Source: Trichoplax adhaerens
Taxonomy: Eukaryota > Animalia > Placozoa
Length of the DNA stretch: 64,000 bases
Assembly: GCF_000150275.1 (NCBI RefSeq)
Contig: NW_002060951.1
Span: forward strand, 2,786,580-2,850,579
Direction of reading: 5' to 3'
Shown: positions 52,828 to 64,000 of the stretch, piece after piece
Position numbering within the stretch: position 1 is the stretch's first letter
Layout: each line of letters starts with the position of its first letter
Translations under genes and position numbers: made by a program
Notes under the pieces: generated by a model
What the model was told of the DNA's origin: nothing
The model's database searches: none
Seen by the model: only the letters and a program-made list of their open reading frames with translations

Positions 52828-53807
52828 TATCTTATTAGAAACGTATACATATTTTATGCTTTAACGAGTAATTTGGATAATGATCATGATACACGGGACT
52901 CCGAAAATATTCGATTGCTGAGATGTCTCATATTGACTTGTAACTATTCAATAATTATAACATAATTTATCAGTCATACTAATTCTAAAGAGAACGTGTA
53001 TTAATCGAATTAAGAAAAGAGCTTTGATACGAGTACATCTAGTGCTACCCCTCACTCATGATACGTAATTCTCGAATAATGTACTATTTTCTAATTATTT
53101 GCAAATTTAGCTTAATCGAGTCGTAATGTATTTATACTTCTTCACAACCCTCAAACCGTAGCGCCAAAGCTAAATAAGATGTCTATAAAATCGCTTGTAA
53201 GCATAATGTATTCTTTACTATACTACGCTTACATAACATTAAACGCCAGACAGATATGACTGCTTGACGATAAAATAGTTTAATAACATCTTAATTAATT
53301 ATAGGGGAAATTGAATGAGTATTTAACCGATCTATTAGATGTTATCGGTAATCGACAGTACAGGTTAAGAACGATTAGAAGAAATTTCTTTATTTCAGGT
53401 TTTACATACGGTGATATTCAGAGAGTACCTAGGCACTGTACATTATGCAATTACAGAAATCGACGCCAAAGTACATTTTAAGTTAAATTAATCGAACTAG
53501 ATTCAAATGATCACTTTCTTACGTACAGGATAATTAACACTATAAATAAACTTAAATATTTACACAAGCTGCATGTTTGGGCTGAGAAAATAGCCGTTAA
53601 TGAATATTTCTCTCAGACAATAGCCATAAAATGAAATATACGAATGTACAAAAAATTACGGTCATTAAGTAATGTTTATGGATGCAAATTCAAATTAACA
53701 CATTTTAGTCTCTCAAGAGGCTTCCTTTCGCATATACTAAAAATTACGCAAGGCCTGAGGAGATACTTTCGGGTATAAAGGAATTTTGCTGATGTAGGTT
53801 TTCAAAT

Positions 53808-56800
53808 TCATGCTCGTCTTTCGAGTAAGCTTTGAGAATACTTAATTTCTATTATTTATGAAGAAAATAAAATTACTTCACATAAGTCATATTCTATTAT
53901 TGCTTAACCAACATACTATTACCCATGCATTTAATATTCCAGTCAATGTTACTCTTGGCATCTTCAATAATCTTGAACTGAGATCTTCTATGATTGTTAC
54001 AAAGAAAGGATTTGCTCCTGTAAGGAATAAGTCCGAATTTATTAGGATTCATTTCAGTTACGATTCAATTTACTATATGAGAATAATGTGATGAATACGA
54101 TCCCAGTACTAACTATATTCTACTGTTGTGGTTTGACACTGAGCGGAGCTATATGGATAGTCTTCCGGAATAATCACATAAATTGATGGTACTGGCGGTA
54201 AGCTGGCATCATCTACAAGGTATTGTAAATTAATCTCATAGCATAAGCACCTTCGCACGAAGTTACTCGAAACTATCTCATAGCCTCGAGATTTATGAAT
54301 AACTTGAGAGCTTTCACAGTTATAAAGCACAAAACTTACCTATAGAGCATTTTAATAGAAAAGATTCGCTGTCCATTAATGGATGGACATTCTTTTCGAT
54401 GACAAATAAATCATCCAATTCAGTCATTTCAGTCTCTATTACGTTCTCTTGTTCACTTCGCATTTTACTATCAGAATATTTAATTCTCTTCCGTTTGACT
54501 GTCTGTTCAGTGAGTCTGCAATGGTATGAAATATGTGTACTATAGTTTGATATAGTCGTTATCTTTTCATACAATGAATCATCACACAAACATACGAGTA
54601 TTTCATGCACGTAATATGTATCCTAACGTACGGTGTCATCGGGCCTCTCATAGTTGTGAATGCAGGTCCACAAGTTTGTTGAAGTGCATATGCTAGCGCT
54701 GGAGAATTTAGATTTGCAGCAATGATATCAATCAGAGGTTTACATACATCCTGTGATGGAGCAAGTCCAGATGAGGTAGTTACAGGTGCAGACCCCACGG
54801 AAGTAGTGCTAACAATTGTATTAGATGAAGAATTTGATGTTGTAGTTGCAATAGACGTCACTCCGTTAGTATTTGTGGCTGCTATACCATTAGTAGTAGT
54901 TCCTATAGCCTTATTAGGAGATAAGTGAATATTCGTTAGCTAAAGTGCGCTAATTTTTGAGCTGCATTATTTTATGGTTCCTTAAGATTCATTTATCTTT
55001 CATATTATAATTATTTCCTTACTACTGACGGCGGTTGAGACTGGGGAGAAAAAGAAGCTTGAAGTTTTTCTAAGACACTTTCGCATTTTGTAAGAGTTGC
55101 TAGAGGCACCCTAGAAATAATAATAACACCAGCGTTAATAATTATAATATATAAAACAGCATTTTATCAATCCTATAACCAAATCTACCAAGAACAAATA
55201 CCTCTTCTGGGGATTAGCCAAGATTTCTAAGAGACTTTTCATCTTATGTATCTCCTTTTTTCGCCCTAAAACAATAGTAATCTGTAACCAGATATTCACT
55301 CGTAAAACCTGGCGTAAAATTATAGGAAACCTACCCTCTTTCGTGGTTCGGTCAATTAATCTTCGTAGCGGTGCGATATATTTTGTGAGATCTCTGAGCT
55401 AATTTATGCAGGTAATTAGTAAGCTTGAACGACACGCTCATTATTACCTAGTTTAGATTTTGTAAAGAAAAAAAGCAAAATACCTTTTCCATGTACGCTG
55501 CATCATCACTGGGATTTACCGATTGTAAAGGACTCGAAGCTGGTACCGAACCTCCAACAGATCCAACTGATCCAGGATTAGCATTAGTAGCGGGTGACTG
55601 AGAAACTGTAACAGAGTTAGGCGTAGTAACATTCGTTACGGGAGATGGCGCTAATAGCGGAGATTTAGTTGGTGCTTGTACTATCTGCGGATAGAAAGGG
55701 GATTTTGATGATTGTTGCTGTTGAGGTTGCGACTGGGGGTACGGAGATTTAATAGAAGGCTGTGGATACGGAGACCTATTATTTAACATTGGCGGTTGCT
55801 GAACCGGAGATTTGATATTTTGCGCTGGATAAGGAGACCTATTATTAATTACTGATTGAGGGTGAGCAGGAGATTTTAAACTCGGTTGTTGCTGTTGGTA
55901 AGAATTTGCAGGATGACCGGTAGTAAGCGGAGATTTAATTATTTGTTGATGAGCTTGAGAATGATGCCCTTTACCAGAATTAACCTGAGGAGAAGGATGT
56001 GGAGACCGTATAGCTTGTTGTTGGACATAAGCCGATGGGCCAACCTGTGGCTGAGTATGTGGAGATTTAATTGGTTGCTGCACATAAGCAAACTGAGCTG
56101 ATTGATTACTATGAGGAGATTTAATCGGTTGCTGTAATGCATAAGGAGACTGTGATGGTTGACTACTATGAGGAGATTTCATAATCGGTTGTTGCGAATA
56201 AGGAGATGGATTCGGAAATGCAACAGTCTGCGAACAAGGTGATGGGTTTGGTTGCACCTGATGGGGGTACTGTGATTGGTTCGTGCCTTGTCCTTGTTGG
56301 CAGTACGCGTTTGCTGAAGCAATACTAACTTGACTATATCCTAGTCCTTGACCTTGAGAAGAAATACTAGTAGGCGGCTGAGGGCCATTACTGCTACTTG
56401 ATAGTAAAGCCGAAGTTAATAAAGCGGGTGGGTTATTTACATTTGCACCACCACCTAAAAGATATGATCGTAACCGTGCAGTCATTCACTAGATTTGAAG
56501 TTAGCCCGAATAAAGACAGCTAAAGGCGCTAATGTAAAAATTTAATGCGACTAGAATAAAACGATACCATAAAAGACTTCTTTAGCTTACCAACACTAGC
56601 TTGAATATTCGGTCTTGATACTGGAGGCACAGTTTGATTACCGGTCGGATTACATTGATTCTGGGCAAAAGCCTGGGATAGCATTGGAGCAGTTTGCGAT
56701 GTGCGCCTAGTGCCTGGTCCATCTAAAATATTAAATTTTTTAATTTTAGAGTGCTCAGTGGCCTTTTCACTCAGAAACTACAGTGGCTGCAGCAAAATAT

Positions 56801-58303
56801 CATATTTAAGGCACCACCAGTCGACATATTCGTACATTGGATTTTTGTAATAGTATCAACTCATATAAATAATTTGATATTGATTGATTAGGGTATAGAG
56901 TATAATTGTAAAATCCTTCGTAAAAATCCTAAGTTTGTTACAGTTATTTACACTAAATTTATAGAACTACAACTCCAAAAAATACGTTCTTCGATAATAA
57001 CAATAAGTTATAACCAACATTTCATAATCTTCATATTATATAGTACATAGAATGTGGTCATCTAAATCCGATAGGAGAATTGTCAGGTGTAAATCCGAAT
57101 GATTTAGTAATAAAACTCATTAGTTTTAATGACAGTAACAGATATCAAGACTATTTTCATTAATCAGCATTTAATAATGTGTCAAGTTATGTATCTTAGC
57201 CAATCAATCATTATTCTAATACTAGCAACCAGAATTTTACAATATACTTTACACCTTATATAATATGGAAAACAAAATTATTTGGTTTTAAACTAATCAC
57301 GATCATGTGAGTAATGGCTTACTATTATTATAAAATGCAATCAGTATACGCGCATCTATTTTATTTAAAACAAAATTCACAAATTTTAATTCTAAAAGTA
57401 TAAACCGTGTTAGATCGAAATTAGTTTAAGAAGATACAAAAGTTTATCAATAATCGACAACCATTGTAAACTTTCGTTCACCAGTACTTAAAATAATTAG
57501 CCCCTTACCTGATTTGCGGTTGTCTTTCATGTGTAAAATAAGCCTTGCTACTAAGTTCAGATAGCGTTCCTAATAAATTTACGAAATCAAGGACAATACA
57601 GTGTAAGTTAATGAGGTATTGAACATGCTGTAAACAGTAGAAACATTCAAACTTTCAATGTCAAGATACATTCATCGCGTTATATTCACAGTATATGTAA
57701 TATAGATAAGCCGTATGCCTATTCTTGATATACTGTACTGTACATTGAACAGTATATATTGGTCATTCCATGGGAATGACCAAGGTTGACCGTAACATAT
57801 ACAGTCCGGTTTAGCTCGGTGCTATTTGCAGAGATCTGCAATACTGTACTGTATCTGATAAAGCGCAGAAATCCGGTACGAACAGTTACTAACCTTACAG
57901 TCAGCATTACCAAAAATATGCGCTTCCATCTCGCGAGCTGACTTGGTTGTTGGATTACAAGAATTTCTCATTGCTTCCATACTATATGTACATTACAAAG
58001 ACATGAAATAAGGATATAAAGCAGTTATATGTAAAAACATTCCGCATAGTACCGTGCATATATAATTGTGATGTGGCACACAGTATACCATACAAGTATT
58101 ATTATTTAAAATCATCTACCAACAGATGTGCAGGCAACAAAAATCGTATGCCACTATGCCAATTACTAATTACGCATGTAATAAATTAACGTAAAAAGTG
58201 CTACAAGGTCATAGATTACTTACATCTGGTTGATAACATGTTGTCGAAATTCGGAAGAATGCCAATCTTCCTGAGATTGTCTATAATTGTTCGAACCATT
58301 CAT
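53808..58303 (-). CDS. MED15: Mediator subunit 15, multi-exon
   Basis: KIX domain EDWHSSEFRQHVINQI...KSAREMEAHIF...RYLNLVARLILHMKD; Q/P/S-rich middle; LTKYIAPLRRLI, KMKSLLEIL, VPLATLTKCESVLEKL; C-terminal LPPVPSIYVIIPEDYP, LTGILNAW. Confidence 0.92.
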
Positions 58304-59194
58304 TGTTGATGTACAGTACAACTAACACGCCGGCACTATCAGTGTAAAGACTTTGACCAGAAAAATAAATATTATTATTACGTATGCAAGCGCAAAGTCG
58401 CAAACTGAAAACTTGCAAAATTTAGAAAGCTGTCAAGACTTAAAAGGTAGATATACAAGTACGCGTATATTCTACAGAGCCTACGTCATCATAGACAGAA
58501 AAGATTTTAAGACAGTCCCCATAGTGTTTTTACATTAACATTATAACGATCAAGTAAGTATATCACTAGCATCAGTGATTAATTACAGTAAAAATCGCTA
58601 CAAAAGATTACACGAAGGCCGTTTAGAAACTTTATAATAAATAATCATAATTAATAATAATTACAATACTCCTATGAACTATAAATCTAAGCTGATTATG
58701 TTATTTTACATATACATCGTATATCAATATACTGTATATCTAATTCTAGATCGTGCCTTTAAGGACTAATGGAGTACGCATGCAAGTCAAGTACTCCACT
58801 GGAGAGTACTGTAACTAAATTTTAGAGCTAACATTTAAATGCTAATTGCGTACTCATGGTGACGACACTACAATTTACATCAAATTTCACTTCTACAGTA
58901 GTCTGCAGTACGTAGTTAAAACCTAAGAATCATCATAGAATTAAATGTTCGAATACGCATAATTTTATAGTTAGATCTTTTGTAGTAAACCGTCTGTAAG
59001 AGAAGACTACTATACATGCTCTCAAGTTCGTACCGGATGGAAATCTTTTAATTCACGCTGCTTCTAAGAATAAATGCTGATGTTATCTAATAAAAAGACT
59101 ACTTGATTTAGAATATTGGGATTGCTGTGCCGTAAAAGAGAGAATGTTTGCTAGTCTGAAAGTCTAGATAAGACTTTTTACCTTGATAAACAGG

Positions 59195-59900
59195 AGTACT
59201 GTACTGTACACTGGTACTGTACAGTACGAACCCAAAACAGTATGTACTGTACAGTACTGTACAGTACAGTACAGTGCTGTATTGTACAGTACAGTACAGT
59301 ACTGTACTGTACATTAAAAAGGTTTTTCTTTTCTATCATACAGTACAGTACAGTACAGTACAGTACGGTAAAATACCAATGTTAATATTAAGTTCTTTGG
59401 CTATTTTTGGGGACATATTTCATCCATATTTATTTGAGAAAATTACCGGATTTTATATTAAAACGGCAAGAATGAAGTGGATCACACTTTACTGTAGCCG
59501 AGAAGCGTAATAGACAGTACAGTACTGTACAGATTAAAAAAATTTTCTTGGACTCTGTATACTGTACAATACAGTACAGTATGAGCTACATTGATAAATT
59601 ACCTACAGTACAGTATTTCAATTTTATAGTCTATCGTACTGTACAGTGTACAGTACCGTGCAGTCATATTGCGGACTGGAGCTAGGAGCTAGACTTAAAT
59701 GAGATGGAAGATGAGACGGCGTGTGAAGTACTGTACTGTACATGAGCGATGAGCATGAACCATAGACAAGAAATAGTGAAATAGAAAGACATAGCGGTGC
59801 ATAGTCTGTTTACTAAAAGTAATACTAGTGCAGTACTGTACACCTTGATTAGCAGTTAAAAACTGTAAAACTGTACCACTGTACTGTACAGTATACAGTA
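59195..59900. repeat. (GTACW)n array in the MED15/C2orf69 divergent spacer
   Basis: Long tacagtacagtac/tactgtacag runs. Confidence 0.9.
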
Positions 59901-60057
59901 TGCATGTTTGTGCGCAGCGCAAAAGTCGATCCGGAAACGACCCACCGGTACTATTCCTGTAGGAACTTCCTTGCAGTGTTCCTTCAGCTCGATGCATTTA
60001 TATTTTTAGTTAAAATTTGAAGTGTATACAGATTTTGAATCGGCTTGTTATACGATA

Positions 60058-62057
60058 ATGATATTACGACTATCACAAGTTGTTGGATCGAAACAAAGAT
60101 GTAACGAAATCCTCGGATATTTTGCTTACAACGGTAAAAATCTGGTCGTTTTCTTTCCGGGTGATATTCAGGTAATCAAAATTAAAATTGTTGCACGCCG
60201 CAATTTGATATTACCGATGCTGTAAAATGCGTATGAACAGTAAAATCGCACATTAAAGTTGATAAAAGTGATTGAATAACCCTAATTGTGAAATGCAACT
60301 TACTTACATACCACCTCTAGTCATTCCGGATTCATTTCTAAAATTACTTATTATCTTATCAGGGACTTTTATTGGATCAATTCCACCTGTCTAATCGAAT
60401 TGATCCTGTTAGAAATTCTGATTTTATTATACGTACTGTACATACTTTATAAAGTAATAAGAAAATAGCCGTGGATTACTAAATATTTATCTATTATATT
60501 TGGTAAATTTAGTAATCCTTGAAATGGCCAAGCCTAAAATTAAGCGGGTCGATTCGATATGATGAAAACAAAATTAAAAAATTTATTTTTAATTTATTTA
60601 TGAAGTTACAAGTTATACTGCACTGACCAAAATCCGCATACATGCAGATAATAATTATAACAGATAAAGTTATGTGTCTACTAGTACTCCATAATATTGA
60701 TGAAAACCAAAGTTAGGCCATGGTATATTTGTATAAGTACGCGTAACGGAACATTGTAGCAAGTCCATGGTTGTAGACATACGCGATATAGAGATGATTT
60801 TCTATATCTTATTTTAGCCATAATATAATTACTTCAAATTAAGCCCGAACTGGTCCAAGCATAGTTCGTAAACAGATCTAACACATACAGACCATACATT
60901 TCTGATACGATTGGCTAGATACAATAATGTGATAATGAGCACTAATATTTACCACTATTCTCGTACTATACACTCTACTACTAACACAATATTACAACAG
61001 CATTGCCTGTCGTACCTTTTGACATTTATTCTATTCGAATTATCGGCAGTGCATTTAGTTTTCAACTACAGTGCAATAAGATTTCAAATTACGATTTCTT
61101 TCATATAAATACTCTATGATTATTTTGAATTCGTTATTTATTCCACATAAGCGGACAGTACACGTTTACTGCAGTAATACGGTAGATGTAAAAATATTAT
61201 ACGTACTAGGGCACTAATAAGTGTAATTAATTTTTGCTAGGATTTTTACGAAAATATGATAAAGAATCAAATTAACAAGAAATATTCTCATTGGCATTAT
61301 CATCATGTATTAGAAATTATTCAAAAAAAATTTGCTGACAGCCATATACTGATTATCAAACCTTCAAGAATGCACGGACAAATGTATAGTTGCTACGATC
61401 ATTTCCTCCACTGTGATGCTTATGGCAATCCTGATTATAACAAACCTAGTGATTATGCGATTGACCATCTAGAGACAATAATATTAAATACGATAAAGGT
61501 AGTTGTAATGCTGACATTAACAAATTTACAAATATCCCTCTTGAACTCTGAGTTCATATTAACAATCCTTTTTACACTCTTTGTATCAGGAAGTAAATAA
61601 AGACCTCCGCAGAAACGATTATGTAAAGTATGACTTGCCGACTGTCTTAATTGGCTTTAGTAAAGGATGTGTAGTTCTGAATCAATTAATCCTTGAATTA
61701 TCCAATCGAAAAAAATGTATATCTGAAAATGCTTGCGATACGAATATAAATTTGTTTAAACGCATAGCAGGGATTCATTGGCTAGATGGAGGACACAGCG
61801 GAGAGAACGGGACTTGGCTGACTAATGAAGGGGTTATAAATGATTTAGTATCAAACGTCCCGTTAGTATGTTGCCATGTGACACCTTATCAGATGATGGA
61901 TGGAACTAGGCCTTGGGTATATTTAGAATATGAGCGCTTTGTACAGCTATTAAATAAATCTGGTGGTAACATAAAGACCTATAACTACTTCATGGATAAA
62001 CCTCGTTCAATAGACTATCATTTTAACCTATTGGAAGCATTCTTAAATAACATTTAA
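60058..62057 (+). CDS. C2orf69: C2orf69 (UPF0565) homologue, alpha/beta-hydrolase-like, 3 exons
   Basis: VFFPGDIQ|DFYENM; IIKPSRMH...SCYDHF; LIGFSKGCVVLNQL; WLDGGHSG...WLT; HVTPYQ...RPW; HFNLLEAF. Confidence 0.88.
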
Positions 62058-62959
62058 ATATGTAAATACAAAAGTTATATATGTATGTTGCGGCGATCGT
62101 TTGAGATTGGTCTGAATATAGTATTCTCCTAAGGAATACTGTAAAATTGAATAATGCTACCAATATCTCACCTCTGCCGCCGTTTCTCATTCTTTCATGA
62201 ATTTCGGAAAATCTATCTAGGCTTTACTTGCCTTTATGTAATATATTTTTAACATTAATATCGAAAATACACCCTACGACATTTCAGATCCTACCCAGAG
62301 ATTTTTGATAGCTTTTTTAAGTTGATCATAAATATTCTCTAATTACAAATTATTTTAACGGAAATTCATACTGTATGTCTCGGTAATCTCTATCCAAAAG
62401 AAGTTATTCTATAGACATTGTGAATCCTCGATGGAGCAAGTCAAAATTTCTGAATAGATTAAATATGAAAACGAAAGCTTCACGAGTAAAATATTGTTTT
62501 ACTGTTAGTACGAATAACCCTTAACAATCATCATATTCCCCAACTATCATTAATATGTAATGATCAATGCCAGCTAAGTAACAATTACCGATGTATGTAA
62601 TTTGGACATCGTATGTCTTTCATTCTTCTACTACAAAAGGTTTATCGTCACTTGTGATTTTAAAATTAATATAATTAATGAGATATCAGACCATCTATCC
62701 TACGGCTTATTCCAAAGAATTACTGGTATACTCAACTGAAACAATTCCAATAAGAAATCTACAACCTACGATGAAAAAGTCACGAAGCAACAGATGATAA
62801 ATTGTAGTAAAAGTACTGTACTGTACAGTATTGTAGTGCTGTACCGTACATTTGTACAGCATACAGTACTTGGTATAAAGTTAAAGGTGCGTTCACACGA
62901 TGAACTTTTTTAATTACTGAACCTCTGACAGGTCTATCAAATGGTAATACTGTACTATC

Positions 62960-63015
62960 TGTTAAATGAGCACATTATCGTAAACCGTCAGCAAAGCGAC
63001 GGGAGTTTGCACTAG
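62960..63015 (+). mobile_element. Helitron-like 3' terminus remnant (copy 2)
   Basis: One mismatch versus copy 1 over the shared stretch; hairpin ccgtc-agcaaagc-gacgg then CTAG|T. Confidence 0.6.
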
Positions 63016-64000
63016 TAATAATAAAATTATCATTTTCTAGTGTGTACGGATACTACGTAAATACGAAAATACGTGACATAGAATAGTGCTTACATACTCA
63101 TTTTAGTTTAGGCATGCCGAAGACTAGTCACCAACAACTAATAAATTACAACTTTTAGAAGCACTAGCTCCCCCAGGTGCTATGCTACCTGTTAACGCGA
63201 TTTTGTACAGTGGTGGTATCTGCATGTGAGAACTAAATATTACACATACACATTTTACGTTATCACTTAGGCTAGCTCATATACTGTACAGTACAGCCTC
63301 TACCAGGTTCAGACTCAGTGCAGAAAGGACACAATGATAATTAATTATACTGAACTAGCACGTAATTTCTATAATTACTGTATGAAAGAGTTTTAAAAAC
63401 GGGTAAATTTGTAGAAGCTTCATACCAGAGCCTGGCACGCGCTATTAAAGGTATTACTTTTGTCATATATCTGAATCTTAAACTTGGTTAATGTTAGTAT
63501 AGTAAGATAGTAACTGTACAGTACTGTACTGTAGATATTGTTAAACGATGATATGTATGGAATGATAACGATATCTAATGGTTTATCATATGATTAGGTA
63601 TTGGTGTTATGCGCAAGCGTGAAATAGCTATGCGGAAATTGTGTATCGTACAGTATGCGTATGATATACTGTACAGTATAGCTCTATTAGAATGAAGACT
63701 GCGGGATTTTTGCGGTAACTACAGAAGTAATGCAGAATAAAGTTAGCTTGTAGCTTAGCAAAAGAAGCACGTGTATTTCTTTGAGTTCGGACCGGTTCCT
63801 CAACGAAAATACACAACGACTTTTACATACATGATCAAGGAAGAATTCGTTAACACCTTATTTTTATACCTTTATAACCATATGACATTTTAAAACATGC
63901 TTTCGTTTTATTTAACTATCGAATTAATTATAATATATTATAATACAATTCTACTCTCAGATCAAAATAAACATTTATGATGTTATATCATCCGGTCACC

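Noticed and set aside
60374-60406. 10-bp intronic inverted repeat (ggatcaattc/gaattgatcc)
   Set aside because: Short enough to arise by chance in 64 kb of AT-rich DNA; no other support.
1-64000. tRNA, rRNA, snRNA or transposase genes
   Set aside because: None recognised by eye; tRNAscan-SE and Infernal would be needed to exclude them.

Overview
AT-rich, gene-dense, intron-containing animal genomic DNA. Short introns, compact intergenic spaces and the gene set suggest an early-branching metazoan such as a placozoan (Trichoplax-like); this is inferred, not verified. By joining exons by eye I find 13 protein-coding genes: BRCA2 (-, runs off the left edge), SBDS, CHFR, TYW1, a head-to-head pair of paralogous TIR + Cbl-like EF-hand + HEAT-repeat genes, a GAS2-family gene, MED19, GALM, DPF/requiem, GPANK1, MED15 and a C2orf69 homologue. 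Ten of the 13 sit in divergent pairs. Main unexplained signals: (1) the TIR-HEAT pair, in which one copy looks catalytically canonical and the other is degenerate but carries an N-acylation motif; (2) dense strand-symmetric TACAGTA/TACTGTA arrays concentrated upstream of gene starts, with units identical to Tc1/mariner excision footprints; (3) a TA-flanked 110-bp MITE between the TIR genes; (4) two copies of a Helitron-like 3' end. Exon boundaries are manual predictions and no database search was run.
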